64,000 nt of DNA from Bacteriovoracaceae bacterium. Its GTDB lineage: Bacteria; Bdellovibrionota; Bacteriovoracia; Bacteriovoracales; Bacteriovoracaceae. Made by a program: the position numbers and the translations under genes. The notes beneath the pieces are model-generated. The model was not told the DNA's origin. It made no database searches and saw nothing but the letters and a program-made list of their open reading frames with translations. The first letter of the stretch is position 1; each line of letters opens with the position of its first letter. Positions 54,048 through 64,000 of this stretch are shown here, piece after piece. The stretch spans positions 21,412 to 85,411 of the forward strand of contig JABGXW010000029.1 in the NCBI GenBank assembly GCA_018675575.1, given 5' to 3'.

Positions 54048-56624
54048 ATGAAATACATTCAAAAAAAGCTAGATAATGGCCTTGAAACTCTATTTATCAA
54101 TTCGCCAGGCAGTACCTCGGGCTCAGTACAGATTTGGTTTAAAGCAGGATCTGCTCTCGAAGAAGATACAAATCAAGGAATCGCACATTTTCTAGAACAT
54201 ATGTTTTTTAAGGGAACTAAAAAAAGACCGGGACCATCAATGGCGCATGAAGTGGAGTCTTTTGGTGGGGAAATCAATGCTTTCACTTCTTTTGATTACA
54301 CTTGTTATTATATAAATACACCCCAATCTCATATTCAAAAAACAACTGAAATTTTACTAGACATGGTTTCTAATCCACAATTCCTTCAACAAGACATTGA
54401 TCCAGAAATTGGTGTCGTTTACGAAGAATATCGACGTTCGCTCGACAGTCCAGCTCAATATTCTTTTAGTCAATTACAAAAGTCTTCTTTTACAGATTCT
54501 TATTCACATATGATTTTAGGGAATCCAGATACTATACTCGGATTTTCAAGAAGCCAGCTAACTAGTTTTCGCTCAAAGTTTTATAATAACAATAATGCTT
54601 TTTTAGTCATTGCTGGAGATCTTAAACAACAAAAAGAAATCGAAAGTACGATTAATCAATATCAATTACCTACTGGGGAATTCTCTAACTTTCCACAATT
54701 TAAACTAAAGACAAGGTCCACAATAAATATTCATAATAAGGAAGTTAGAATGGCAGAGCTCACAATTGCTATTCAAGCACCAGAATTAAATGATCCTAAT
54801 TCTATTGCCGAAGACTTGGCACTAAATTGTCTTGGTTCAGGAGAAACCTCCCCCCTATACAAAGAACTTGTTGTTAAATCTAGTCTAGCCAACTCAGCAT
54901 CTGCGTCAACATTATTTATGACAAAAGGGGGAGTTCACATGCTTAGGATCAGATGCCCTTTTGAAAACTTAGACAAAGCTTTAAGTCGTCTTTATTCAAC
55001 AATTTCAAAGAATACTAAAAGTGGCTTTCAAGATGAAGATATAAAAAAAATAAAAAATCATTATCTTGCTTCCAAAATTTTTGAAATGGAATCTTTAGAA
55101 TCTTTTGCTTTTTCATTAGGACATAGTTATGCCCAATCAGGTGATATTGAAGCAGAAGAAAAGTTTCTTAAAAAAATGAAATCAACTCCAATGGATCATG
55201 TCAATGAATCACTTCAATCTATCTTTTCAAGAGGATTACACTTAAGCTTACAAATCCCTATGGATATTAAAGTCAAAGAAGCAAGAGCAATTCTCAAAAT
55301 ATTTCAAGCGAAGTTCAAGTCGTTTAAGACTAAATCCAAATCAAAAACTAAAAATATATCACCATATAAAATAACTAAATCCAAATATGACTCGCAGGTT
55401 CAAGTTGTAGAGTTAAAAACTGGATTACGTTTACTTTATAGACAGAACACACTCAATCCAACTTATGTGCTTCAAGCCTATATAAAAGGCGGCATTACAA
55501 AAGAAACACCTCAAACAAATGGTTACTATCATTTGATGACTCAATTATTAACACTGGGTTATAAATCTTTTCCATATGAAAAGTTAAAATCATTTTTAGA
55601 AGATCGGTCAGCTTCTCTTAATGGCTTCTCTGGTAAAAATGCTTATGGCCTAAGCATGCACGGTCTCTCAAAAGATTTCTCCGAATTATCCGAGTTATTT
55701 TTGGGATCTCTTTTAGAGCCTACTATGCAAAACAAATTCCTAAAGCATGAGAAGGTAATTGCAAAAAGAGTTTTAGAAAATCAAACAGAAGATCCTATTA
55801 AAACTTGTTTTCATGAAGTTGCTAAGCTCTTCTTTGGAGATCATCCTTATTCCTTTAACTCTCTTGGAACTGTAAAGAATATAAATAAAGCTACTAGTAA
55901 ATCATTGTTATCAATCCATCAAAATAATTTAGCAAAGAATGATATTTTAATTACATACGTTGGTGATTTAAGTTTAGATGCTGTCCTCAAAAAAATAGAA
56001 CCGTTATCTAAAAAGCTAAAGTCCAAAAGACCAAATAATATTGCTAAGAAAAAAATTATTTCAAGTAGAGGTGTTCATAAGTTTATAGAGTTTGATAGAG
56101 AACAAACTCAAATTTTTCATGGGTTTCCTATAGGGGGAATCGAAGCTACTGAACATATTGTTCTCAAGATGCTCTCGACTCACCTCTCTGGCCAATCTTC
56201 TGACCTCTTTGTAGAGGTTAGAGATAAATTAGGCTTATGCTACACCATTCAGCCAATCCATTTTATTGCCCTAGAGTCAGGTTACTGGGGAATTTACATG
56301 GCAAGCGGTAGCGAAAAAGTAAAAGATGCAATTACCGCAATTAAAAAAATTCTTGATGAAATTAAGATCAACTGCATTTCTAAGGATGAGTTTAATAGAA
56401 TTAAAGTCATGATTGAAGGACAAAACCAAGTTAACATTCAAACCAATGACGACTACGCATCAGTCTACTCTGTTCCAACATTACAAGGCTGTGGTCTGGA
56501 TTACTTTCATAAGAATAATAAAAAAATTAATGAACTAACTTATGATACATTTCAAAAAAAATTGAAATCTTTACTAAATGGAAAGTGGAATACAGTAATT
56601 GTCGGAAAAGAAGACGCTCGTTAA
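54048..56624 (+). CDS. M16-family (pitrilysin-like) zinc peptidase, duplicated (two M16 halves in one chain)
   Basis: Inverted zinc motif HFLEHMFFKG (HxxEH) in the first half. The second half repeats the fold without the motif. 858 aa. Confidence 0.8.
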   Translation: MKYIQKKLDNGLETLFINSPGSTSGSVQIWFKAGSALEEDTNQGIAHFLEHMFFKGTKKRPGPSMAHEVESFGGEINAFTSFDYTCYYINTPQSHIQKTTEILLDMVSNPQFLQQDIDPEIGVVYEEYRRSLDSPAQYSFSQLQKSSFTDSYSHMILGNPDTILGFSRSQLTSFRSKFYNNNNAFLVIAGDLKQQKEIESTINQYQLPTGEFSNFPQFKLKTRSTINIHNKEVRMAELTIAIQAPELNDPNSIAEDLALNCLGSGETSPLYKELVVKSSLANSASASTLFMTKGGVHMLRIRCPFENLDKALSRLYSTISKNTKSGFQDEDIKKIKNHYLASKIFEMESLESFAFSLGHSYAQSGDIEAEEKFLKKMKSTPMDHVNESLQSIFSRGLHLSLQIPMDIKVKEARAILKIFQAKFKSFKTKSKSKTKNISPYKITKSKYDSQVQVVELKTGLRLLYRQNTLNPTYVLQAYIKGGITKETPQTNGYYHLMTQLLTLGYKSFPYEKLKSFLEDRSASLNGFSGKNAYGLSMHGLSKDFSELSELFLGSLLEPTMQNKFLKHEKVIAKRVLENQTEDPIKTCFHEVAKLFFGDHPYSFNSLGTVKNINKATSKSLLSIHQNNLAKNDILITYVGDLSLDAVLKKIEPLSKKLKSKRPNNIAKKKIISSRGVHKFIEFDREQTQIFHGFPIGGIEATEHIVLKMLSTHLSGQSSDLFVEVRDKLGLCYTIQPIHFIALESGYWGIYMASGSEKVKDAITAIKKILDEIKINCISKDEFNRIKVMIEGQNQVNIQTNDDYASVYSVPTLQGCGLDYFHKNNKKINELTYDTFQKKLKSLLNGKWNTVIVGKEDAR

Positions 56625-56629
56625 GATAT

Positions 56630-57187
56630 TTAAGACGCTTTTATACTCTTTTGATTGGCTAAAAAAATAACGTCCGCCTCATGTCCTGAATAAATATTCA
56701 TTTGTTGAGATACGATGGTCATCATACAAGTTAATTCTTTAAAAGTATTTGAAAGTATGTCATAGAAAGAATCGACTTCAAAAGCATCTGGAACAATTCC
56801 ATTCAACCTGCTATAGGCGACTTTTCCAACCTCGTGGTAATAATTAAGATCGACAATTTTTCTATTAAAAGATTCTGAGAAAAATCCACATAGTAATAAG
56901 GCCGTATCTCCTATGTCGCGGAACTCTCTTCTTTGAGAAGCTTTAGACATATGACCACATTCTAAAAGTTTTTTTCCTAAGGTTTTATCTCTAACCTTGC
57001 CATCATTAACTTCAAAATATTCTGTTGAATGTGACAACTTATCCATCACTATACTAGAGTAATAAATGGCTTCATTTGGTATTGGTGTCGCAGTTATTTT
57101 ATTAAGGCCCATGAGTTGGTCATAAAAGAATGTCTGCAATGATGTTTCTAAAACTATACTGTGTTTTTCTTTATCTATTTTATTCAT
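56630..57187 (-). CDS. Hypothetical protein
   Basis: Start moved to ATG 57187 (MNKIDKEKH), which is preceded by GGGGGA. The longer track ORF would overlap the divergent mutase gene. No motif recognised. Confidence 0.3.
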   Translation of the reverse strand: MNKIDKEKHSIVLETSLQTFFYDQLMGLNKITATPIPNEAIYYSSIVMDKLSHSTEYFEVNDGKVRDKTLGKKLLECGHMSKASQRREFRDIGDTALLLCGFFSESFNRKIVDLNYYHEVGKVAYSRLNGIVPDAFEVDSFYDILSNTFKELTCMMTIVSQQMNIYSGHEADVIFLANQKSIKAS

Positions 57188-57350
57188 CAATCCCCCAATG
57201 AGATTCTCTCTTATTTTATCAAAAGATTGGATTATTTTAAATATCTGGAATGAATTTCCCCTAATTTCAATAGCTTCCAATATACAATTCTCTTTATATT
57301 TTGACTTTCCTTTGCTAAAAGTACGTAAAACCAAATAGTTAGAGGATTTT

Positions 57351-59501
57351 ATGACTGATAAAAATGACATTAATTCAACATATAAAGACTGGACGAAGCT
57401 GGCAATTAAAGAAACCAAGGGACTCAATCCAGAGCAACTTGCATGGCACACTCCCGAAGGTATTGTAGTCAAACCTCTTTATACAAAAGAAAGTTTAGTC
57501 AAAATAGAACATCAAGAAACAATGCCTGGACTTCCACCTTTTACACGTGGAGCACGGGCGACAATGTACACCGGACGGCCGTGGACTATAAGACAGTATG
57601 CTGGATTTTCGACAGCTGAAGACTCTAATGCATTTTATAGAAAAACTTTAGCTTCAGGAGGTCAAGGCATATCTGTTGCTTTTGATTTGGCTACCCATAG
57701 AGGTTATGACTCTGATCATGAAAGGGTAACTGGCGATGTTGGTAAAGCAGGTGTCGCAATCGATTCTATATTGGATATGAAAATTTTATTTGATCAAATC
57801 CCCTTAGATAAAGTTTCTGTTTCCATGACTATGAATGGCGCTGTTCTTCCAATACTCGCAGGTTATATTGTAACTGCAGAAGAACAAGGTGTTTCTCAAG
57901 ATAAACTTTCGGGAACAATTCAAAATGATATTCTTAAAGAATTTATGGTGAGAAATACTTATATTTACCCACCTACTCCATCAATCAAAATCATTTCAGA
58001 TATTTTTTCTTATACTTCTCAATATATGCCAAAATTTAATAGCATTTCAATCTCTGGTTATCATATGCAAGAAGCCGGAGCTAATGCCAAGCTTGAGTTA
58101 GCTTATACTCTAGCAGATGGAAAAGAATATATAGAAACAGCTTTAAAATCTGGTATGAAAATAGATGACTTTGCTCCGAGACTTTCATTTTTCTTTGGAA
58201 TAGGAATGAACTTTTATATGGAAGTAGCTAAACTTCGTGCCGCAAGATTATTATGGTGTGAAATTGTACAGAAATATAATCCTCAAAATGTAAAATCAAC
58301 TATGCTCAGAACCCATTGCCAAACTTCTGGCTGGTCGCTTACGGAACAAGACCCCTATAACAATGTCATCAGAACTACCATTGAGGCCATGGCAGCTGTA
58401 TTTGGAGGAACTCAATCTCTCCATACAAATTCTTTTGATGAGGCTATTGCACTTCCAACCGAATTTTCAGCAAGAATAGCTAGAAATACTCAAATTATAT
58501 TACAAGAAGAAACGGGACTCTCACAGACTGTCGATCCTTGGGGAGGATCTTATTTCATGGAAACACTTACCCATGAATTAGCCGAAGAAGCTAGAAAAAT
58601 ACTCAAAGACATAGAAGGTCACGGTGGTATGGCAAAGGCCATTCAAACCGGATTACCTAAAATGGAAATAGAGAAATCTGCAGCTGAAAAGCAAGCTCGT
58701 ATTGATAGAGGTGAAGATACAATCGTCGGTGTTAATAAATACAAAGTTGAAAATACTGAGGAGTTTGAAATCTTGGAAATAGATAATGAATATGTCCGCA
58801 AATCTCAAATTGCACGACTTGTAGAGCTTAAAAATAATCGAGACAATGACAAAGTAAATAAATCATTAGATAATTTAACTCATTATGCGAAAACGGGTGA
58901 AGGGAATGCATTAGATTTAGCTATTAAAGCCGTTCGTGAAAGATGTACAATAGGAGAGATCTCATTAGCTTTAGAAAAGGAATGGGGTAGATTTAGTGCG
59001 AAATCTATGACGATCTCAGGGGTCTATGGTCAGTCATTTTCAAAAGACGAGGGATGGAATTTGCTAATAAAAGAAGTTAACCAATTTGAAAAAGATTTTG
59101 GACGAAGACCTAGAATGTTAGTAGCAAAGATGGGTCAAGACGGTCATGATCGCGGTGCAAAAGTTATTGCAACAGCTTTTTCAGATGTTGGATTTGATAT
59201 TGACCTCGCCCCATTATTTTCAACTCCTAAAGAAGTTGCCAAGCAAGCGATAGAAAATGATGTTCATGTGATTGGTGTTTCAAGCCAAGCAGCAGGGCAT
59301 AAAACATTAGTCCCCGAATTAATTAAAGAGCTAAAATTAGAAAAAGCTGAAGATATTATTGTTGTTGTTGGTGGAGTTATCCCTCAAAAAGATTATAGTT
59401 TTCTTTATAAGGCAGGAGCTCAAGGAATCTTTGGACCAGGAACCCCTATTCCAGAATCTGCAAAATTAGTTTTACAAAAAATAAGAGAGAGTCAAGAATA
59501 A
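57351..59501 (+). CDS. scpA: Methylmalonyl-CoA mutase, single-chain (catalytic TIM barrel plus B12-binding domain)
   Basis: [31 protein letters not shown] blocks. C-terminal cobalamin-binding motif [11 protein letters not shown] (DxHxxG). Confidence 0.9.
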   Translation: MTDKNDINSTYKDWTKLAIKETKGLNPEQLAWHTPEGIVVKPLYTKESLVKIEHQETMPGLPPFTRGARATMYTGRPWTIRQYAGFSTAEDSNAFYRKTLASGGQGISVAFDLATHRGYDSDHERVTGDVGKAGVAIDSILDMKILFDQIPLDKVSVSMTMNGAVLPILAGYIVTAEEQGVSQDKLSGTIQNDILKEFMVRNTYIYPPTPSIKIISDIFSYTSQYMPKFNSISISGYHMQEAGANAKLELAYTLADGKEYIETALKSGMKIDDFAPRLSFFFGIGMNFYMEVAKLRAARLLWCEIVQKYNPQNVKSTMLRTHCQTSGWSLTEQDPYNNVIRTTIEAMAAVFGGTQSLHTNSFDEAIALPTEFSARIARNTQIILQEETGLSQTVDPWGGSYFMETLTHELAEEARKILKDIEGHGGMAKAIQTGLPKMEIEKSAAEKQARIDRGEDTIVGVNKYKVENTEEFEILEIDNEYVRKSQIARLVELKNNRDNDKVNKSLDNLTHYAKTGEGNALDLAIKAVRERCTIGEISLALEKEWGRFSAKSMTISGVYGQSFSKDEGWNLLIKEVNQFEKDFGRRPRMLVAKMGQDGHDRGAKVIATAFSDVGFDIDLAPLFSTPKEVAKQAIENDVHVIGVSSQAAGHKTLVPELIKELKLEKAEDIIVVVGGVIPQKDYSFLYKAGAQGIFGPGTPIPESAKLVLQKIRESQE

Positions 59502-60457
59502 TGGATATTGATCTTCAGAAATTAAAAGATGGAGACAGGCGTACATTAGCAAAGGCCATTACTTTAATTGAAAGTTCAAATCCTAATCATAGAAAATCTG
59601 CAAATTTATTATTAGACAAAATAAAAAATAACCCGCACGACTCGATGCGCATCGGTATAAGTGGAAGTCCTGGTGTTGGTAAATCTACCTTTGTAGAAAC
59701 ATTTGGAGAATATCTTATTTCACTTGGTCATAAAGTTGCTGTGCTAGCAATTGACCCTAGCTCACCCATTGCTGGAGGAAGTATTTTGGGTGATAAAACT
59801 CAGATGGAAAAGCTTTCTCAAAACAAAGATGCATTCATTCGCCCATCGCCAAGTTCAGGAACGTTAGGTGGAGTTGCGAATAAAACAAAAGAAACAATCA
59901 TTCTCTGCGAGGTGGCCGGATTTGATATTACTTTGGTTGAAACAGTTGGTGTTGGTCAATCTGAACATGACGTTGCTAATATCGTCGACTTCTTTCTTTT
60001 ACTAATTCTTCCAGGTGGTGGTGATCAACTTCAAGGTATAAAAAAAGGTATTTTAGAATTTGCCGATCTAATTGTTGTTAATAAAGAAGATCTCAATTCA
60101 AATTTGGCAAAATCAACCCAACAAGAATATCAAAATGCATTAAGAATACTCAGTTCCGATGATCAATATCAACAAGTATTGACTTGTTCTGCAGAAAAAA
60201 ATATTGGTGTCCAAAAGATCTGGGAGATTGCTGAGAAGAAACTACTAGCTAGACAGGTATCAGGCGCAACAGAGAAGAATAGAACAGAGCAAGAAATTAG
60301 GTGGCTAGATAAACTTATTATAGAGGGTTTACAAATTAAGCTAAAAACAGATCAAGACTGTCAAAAGTCTTATAATATTGCTTTAAATCAAATTCGCGAT
60401 AAAAAATCATCAGCATTTGAATCTGCTCAGAATATTTTGAAATTATTTTTCTCTTAA
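59501..60457 (+). CDS. meaB: Methylmalonyl-CoA mutase-associated G3E GTPase MeaB/ArgK
   Basis: P-loop GISGSPGVGKST, ETVGVGQSE, VVNKED. Start overlaps the mutase stop (ATAATG). Confidence 0.85.
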   Translation: MDIDLQKLKDGDRRTLAKAITLIESSNPNHRKSANLLLDKIKNNPHDSMRIGISGSPGVGKSTFVETFGEYLISLGHKVAVLAIDPSSPIAGGSILGDKTQMEKLSQNKDAFIRPSPSSGTLGGVANKTKETIILCEVAGFDITLVETVGVGQSEHDVANIVDFFLLLILPGGGDQLQGIKKGILEFADLIVVNKEDLNSNLAKSTQQEYQNALRILSSDDQYQQVLTCSAEKNIGVQKIWEIAEKKLLARQVSGATEKNRTEQEIRWLDKLIIEGLQIKLKTDQDCQKSYNIALNQIRDKKSSAFESAQNILKLFFS

Positions 60458-61420
60458 AAAAGAAATGGTCTCATCAACAATTCGATTTCTAATACTATCT
60501 CTTTCTTGAAACATTTCATGATATGAAGTTGGCATAAATATTTTTCGACAAGTATCTAAGCTTTCACAAATTCTATTTTGCCTGGTCACTTCGGAATATA
60601 GGTCTTTACCTGCCTGAAATATCAAGATTGGCATCTCTTTTAATTTATGTTTATTTTTATATATTTTATGACCAATTCTTAAAGACTCTAAGACCCATTG
60701 ATTGGTAGTCCCACCCATTATTAAATCTGTATTTTTTCGTTCTAAGTTTCTGGCCATTTGAAATCTTTCAAGGCAACGAGTAACTCTATTATTCTTAAAT
60801 GGAGTATTAACATCTCCTTTACCTGAGCCAGAAGAGTATTCTGTTCCATTTCCAATCAGTCTAAGAACGTTCATGTAATTTTCAACAAGTCTTGGAGAAT
60901 TTGCCCCCGTAATAATTTCAAGCATCGGTGCAGAAAGGACCATTTTAGAAAATGTTTTTCCTTTTTTGATCTGATGCCAAAGAGCAATTGCTGCCCCCAT
61001 AGAATGGGCTATAAGATAAATATTTTCATATCTTATTTTTAATTCTTTAATATTTATAAATGTCTCAAGGTCTTCTATATAATTATCAAAATTTTTAACA
61101 TAACCTTTATGTCCATCAGCAAGCATTCTTCCAGATTGTCCTTGTCCACGATGATCCATTAAATAAAAGTCATGCCCCAATTCATCTAAATCAAATACAA
61201 GTTCTGAATATTTCAAAAAAGGCTCTGTTCTTCCAGGAAGCATAACTATAGCATTCTTACTGCCTCGAATAATTTCGTGGTAACAAATTTGAATGCCGCC
61301 TAGTCCTTCAAAGAAATTTTGTGTTCCTTGGTTAAAGTATGGGATGACTTCATCATTCATCTTAGACTCATATGAAGAGTCTGTATTATTTGTTGAATTA
61401 GGATTTAATTTTTCTATCAT
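60443..61420 (-). CDS. Alpha/beta hydrolase (lysophospholipase / monoacylglycerol-lipase-like)
   Basis: Nucleophile elbow AHSMGA, HRGQGQS block, C-terminal H in SYHEMF. Confidence 0.65.
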   Translation of the reverse strand: MIEKLNPNSTNNTDSSYESKMNDEVIPYFNQGTQNFFEGLGGIQICYHEIIRGSKNAIVMLPGRTEPFLKYSELVFDLDELGHDFYLMDHRGQGQSGRMLADGHKGYVKNFDNYIEDLETFINIKELKIRYENIYLIAHSMGAAIALWHQIKKGKTFSKMVLSAPMLEIITGANSPRLVENYMNVLRLIGNGTEYSSGSGKGDVNTPFKNNRVTRCLERFQMARNLERKNTDLIMGGTTNQWVLESLRIGHKIYKNKHKLKEMPILIFQAGKDLYSEVTRQNRICESLDTCRKIFMPTSYHEMFQERDSIRNRIVDETISFLREK

Positions 61421-61507
61421 AATGAATTCATCTTACTACGGGAGAAAGGTAATTTATATTGGGAAATATTAATTTTTATTTATTGATTATTAACCATAAA
61501 GGTCAGG

Positions 61508-61548
61508 CATTAACCTTCCTACTATTTAAGCTTATAAGAAGGTTAATG
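61508..61548 (-). terminator. Perfect 11-bp inverted repeat just downstream of hflC (possible terminator)
   Basis: CATTAACCTTC ... GAAGGTTAATG with a 19-nt spacer that holds the palindrome TAAGCTTA. It starts 13 nt after the hflC stop. No clean U-tract follows on the minus strand, so terminator function is uncertain. Confidence 0.3.
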
Positions 61549-61560
61549 AAAATATTAAGA

Positions 61561-62538
61561 TTATTGATTTCTTAAATATTTAAGAAAGTCTGAATCAGCA
61601 GAGAGTAGGAAGTTGGTGTCATCTTTTAATGATTTCGTATAGGCTTCCATGGTTCTAATAAATTCGTAAAACTTTGGGTTTTGGCTAAATGCCTTAGCTG
61701 AAATATTGGCTGCTGTTGCATCCGCTTTACCTCTAACCTCTTGAGCTTTTCTATAAGCCAATGATTGAATTGTTCGCAGGTCTCTAGAAATCCGGCCTTC
61801 AATTTTTGACCGCTCACCAAGTCCAATTGACTTTATCTTCTGAGCAATTCTTTGTCTTTCTGAAATCATTCTTTCATAAACTTTTTTCTCAACAGAAGCT
61901 TCGTAAGAAATCCTTCTTAATTGAACATCAATCAACTCAATTCCAAATTCACTTAATTCCGAACTTGCGGCTTCAGCAATTTTTAAAGAAAGCTTCTCTC
62001 GCCCAGTCTTGATAGGCGCTATTTCCCCAGTAACTTCTTCTTCAATTAATTCTCCACCTTCTGCCATTCTTTTATCCTGATCTTCTTTCTTCTGTTTAAG
62101 AGTATCGAGAATGTTATTAGAAGTTCTTACCGCCTCTACAAGATTATGATTAGAAATAACATCTCGTGTAGATGCATCTAAGACAGCGTCTAGTCTTGCT
62201 TTAGCACCTCTTTCAGATTGAACAGTTTGAATGAATTTTAACGCATCAACAATTTTCCAACGAGCAGTTGTATCGACAGCAATATATTTTTTATCTTTTG
62301 TAGGAATCTGATTGGGGTAACCATCCCATTCCAAAATCCTTTTATCTACATATCTGGCTTCTTGAATAAACGGCTTTTTAAAATGAACTCCCGCAGTAGT
62401 TACAGGCATTCCTATAGGTTTACCAAATTGAGTAATAATAACTTGTTTACCTTCTGAGACTGTATAGATACTTGATTTAACAACAATTAAACCGGCAACA
62501 AGAATAATAATTCCTAATACTTTTCCTAACCCTTGCAT
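61561..62538 (-). CDS. hflC: Protease modulator HflC (SPFH/band-7)
   Basis: N-terminal TM, SIYTVSEGKQVIITQFGKP, band-7 core. Lies immediately downstream of hflK. Confidence 0.8.
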   Translation of the reverse strand: MQGLGKVLGIIILVAGLIVVKSSIYTVSEGKQVIITQFGKPIGMPVTTAGVHFKKPFIQEARYVDKRILEWDGYPNQIPTKDKKYIAVDTTARWKIVDALKFIQTVQSERGAKARLDAVLDASTRDVISNHNLVEAVRTSNNILDTLKQKKEDQDKRMAEGGELIEEEVTGEIAPIKTGREKLSLKIAEAASSELSEFGIELIDVQLRRISYEASVEKKVYERMISERQRIAQKIKSIGLGERSKIEGRISRDLRTIQSLAYRKAQEVRGKADATAANISAKAFSQNPKFYEFIRTMEAYTKSLKDDTNFLLSADSDFLKYLRNQ

Positions 62539-62539
62539 C

Positions 62540-63517
62540 TTAATTCCCCTTCCCTTTAAAGACAGGTAATAATCCCTTCACTTTAGGATCAACAATAGTA
62601 ATTTTTTCAAACCTTGAAAATAAATTTTCCATTGTCTCTATATAAATTCTTTTTTTAGTAATACTCGGAGCACGTTTATATTCCTTTAAGATTTGAAGGA
62701 ACTTAACGGTATCTCCGTGAGCATTATTTACAATCGCCGAGGCATAACCTTCAGCCTCAGATAATAATTTTTCAGCTTTACCTCGGGCTTCCGGAATAAT
62801 TTTATTATATTCTTTTTCAGCTTGATTGATTATTTTTTCTTGTTCTTGTTTAGCGGAGTTTACTAAGTTAAAAGATGGCTGAACTAGTTTGGGTGGATTC
62901 ACGTCCTGTAGTTTCACCGTTACTATAGTAATTCCGATATCATACTTATTAAGTACTTCTTGCATTAAAAGTTTTGCTTCTGTAGATATTTCGGCCCTAC
63001 CGGTTGTTAAAACCTCAGTCACAAGTCTATCACCAACAACTCTTCTCATTATTGCTTCTGATACATCTCTAATATTCTTTTCCGGAGTTGAGGTTTTAAA
63101 TAAGAATTTAAATGGATCTGAAATTTTGAATTGAACAACCCATTCAACATCTGCAACGTTAAGGTCCCCAGTTAACATTAAAGACTCAGATTCAAAGTTA
63201 CCAGTTGAGTATTGAGTTACTCTTGTGGAAGAATTACTTGTCCTAAAACCAAATTCTGCCTGATGTATTTTTGTAGTTTGTACCTTTATCACTTTATCAA
63301 TTCCTAATGGAATTTTAAAATGAAGACCAGGTGGATTTGTGACAATGTATTTTCCAAACCGGATAACCACAGCCTCTTCGTCAGGTTCTACGGTATAAAA
63401 GCTTGAGCTCACCGCAGAAATGAGAATGATGATTCCAAGAACAGGTCCCAAAAAGCCTGTCGCTTTTTTCAAATCATCAATTGTTTTTTGTAAATCGTCT
63501 TTAGCGTTTCTTTGCAT
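62540..63517 (-). CDS. hflK: Protease modulator HflK (SPFH/band-7)
   Basis: N-terminal TM, SFYTVEPDEEAVVIRFGKY, band-7 core, AEGYA block. Confidence 0.8.
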   Translation of the reverse strand: MQRNAKDDLQKTIDDLKKATGFLGPVLGIIILISAVSSSFYTVEPDEEAVVIRFGKYIVTNPPGLHFKIPLGIDKVIKVQTTKIHQAEFGFRTSNSSTRVTQYSTGNFESESLMLTGDLNVADVEWVVQFKISDPFKFLFKTSTPEKNIRDVSEAIMRRVVGDRLVTEVLTTGRAEISTEAKLLMQEVLNKYDIGITIVTVKLQDVNPPKLVQPSFNLVNSAKQEQEKIINQAEKEYNKIIPEARGKAEKLLSEAEGYASAIVNNAHGDTVKFLQILKEYKRAPSITKKRIYIETMENLFSRFEKITIVDPKVKGLLPVFKGKGN

Positions 63518-63518
63518 T

Positions 63519-64000
63519 TTATTCTACCTCCATCATCAGGATATTTTCTTCAAGAACATCACCCTCAGATACATGAACAGCCTTAACTACACCGTCCAGA
63601 CTTGATTTAATTTCATTTTCCATCTTCATTGCTTCGAGAATAAGAAGTGTTTGTCCTATAACAACCACATCTCCTTCTTTTACATTTATTTTTGTAATTT
63701 TACCAGACATTTTAGTGAATAACTCTCCCTCAGCGGAAGAGTTAAGGCCCGATGGCTTATATCCGTAATAAACATCAAATACTCGGTCTATATTGAGCAT
63801 TTTTACAGGAAGATGCTGTCTAGCCATTTTTTCCCAGCTGATACTATCAACTGAACTAAAATAGCTACCCGCTAATTTTTTAATATATATTTTTTCTGTA
63901 TTCATAACTTCATTGTTTTGAACTGTGGAAAACTCAAATTCTACTAGTTTACTGGAATGGATTATTGTTCTTGTTAGATCAATTTTAAGTTCATTATTTT
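63519..64000 (-). CDS. Biotinyl/lipoyl-domain protein, probably the C-terminus of a larger biotin-dependent carboxylase subunit (partial; the frame is open to the window end)
   Basis: Biotinylation motif LEAMKMENEI within GKITKINVKEGDVVVIGQTLLILEAMKME. The frame has no stop between 63905 and 64000, so ATG 63905 need not be the start. Confidence 0.7.
   Translation of the reverse strand, partial: NNELKIDLTRTIIHSSKLVEFEFSTVQNNEVMNTEKIYIKKLAGSYFSSVDSISWEKMARQHLPVKMLNIDRVFDVYYGYKPSGLNSSAEGELFTKMSGKITKINVKEGDVVVIGQTLLILEAMKMENEIKSSLDGVVKAVHVSEGDVLEENILMMEVE

Noticed and set aside
57188-57350. Cobalamin riboswitch upstream of the B12-dependent mutase.
   Set aside because: The 163-nt leader is AT-rich and has no B12-box-like (GCCACTG-type) core or evident multi-stem structure.
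56630-57472. The full 280-aa version of the hypothetical ORF.
   Set aside because: Its first 95 codons overlap the divergent methylmalonyl-CoA mutase start and lack an SD. An internal ATG at 57187 with GGGGGA upstream is more plausible.

Overview
This is a low-GC, AT-rich bacterial chromosome segment. The gene content (a giant type IV pilin-like protein, a Tad-type platform gene with three FHA proteins, compact overlapping genes) suggests a Bdellovibrionota or Bacteriovoracaceae-like organism, but that is inference only. The window splits at a tRNA-Pro(UGG) gene (30707-30783, minus strand).

Left of the tRNA (1-30.3 kb) is an accessory-looking locus whose genes switch strand often. It holds:
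- the 3-prime part of a PfaA-type AT-ACP-KR-DH synthase
- a NodU/TobZ-type carbamoyltransferase
- a lone Wzt-like ABC ATPase
- four paralogous radical SAM enzymes with an N-terminal Cys-rich (twitch/SPASM-like) module
- an AGAT/StrB1-type amidinotransferase
- a PqqD-type peptide-binding protein convergent with an HPr-kinase-like P-loop protein
- a GT2 glycosyltransferase
- a papain-type lipoprotein
- a 600-aa type IV pilin-like protein followed by a TMTC/PMT-like GT-C transferase with TPRs
- several orphan membrane proteins and lipoproteins
- a CRTAC1/ASPIC-UnbV lipoprotein with a stand-alone RnfD-like protein
- a radical-SAM::DegT-aminotransferase fusion
- a Zn-dependent alcohol dehydrogenase
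- a flavin-dependent halogenase-like enzyme

Right of the tRNA (30.8-64 kb) is mostly housekeeping: rdgB, rph, birA, nagZ, mreB, an AMP-nucleosidase-like gene, an LpoA-like gene, grpE-dnaK-dnaJ, hemW, an M16 peptidase, methylmalonyl-CoA mutase with meaB, hflKC and a biotinyl-domain ORF that runs off the window. This stretch is interrupted by a TadC-like / DUF192 / 3x FHA / PP2C / response-regulator operon.

I saw no CRISPR array, rRNA, transposase or integrase. All calls come from reading motifs in the supplied translations and the DNA. No similarity search was possible, so family names are hypotheses to confirm.
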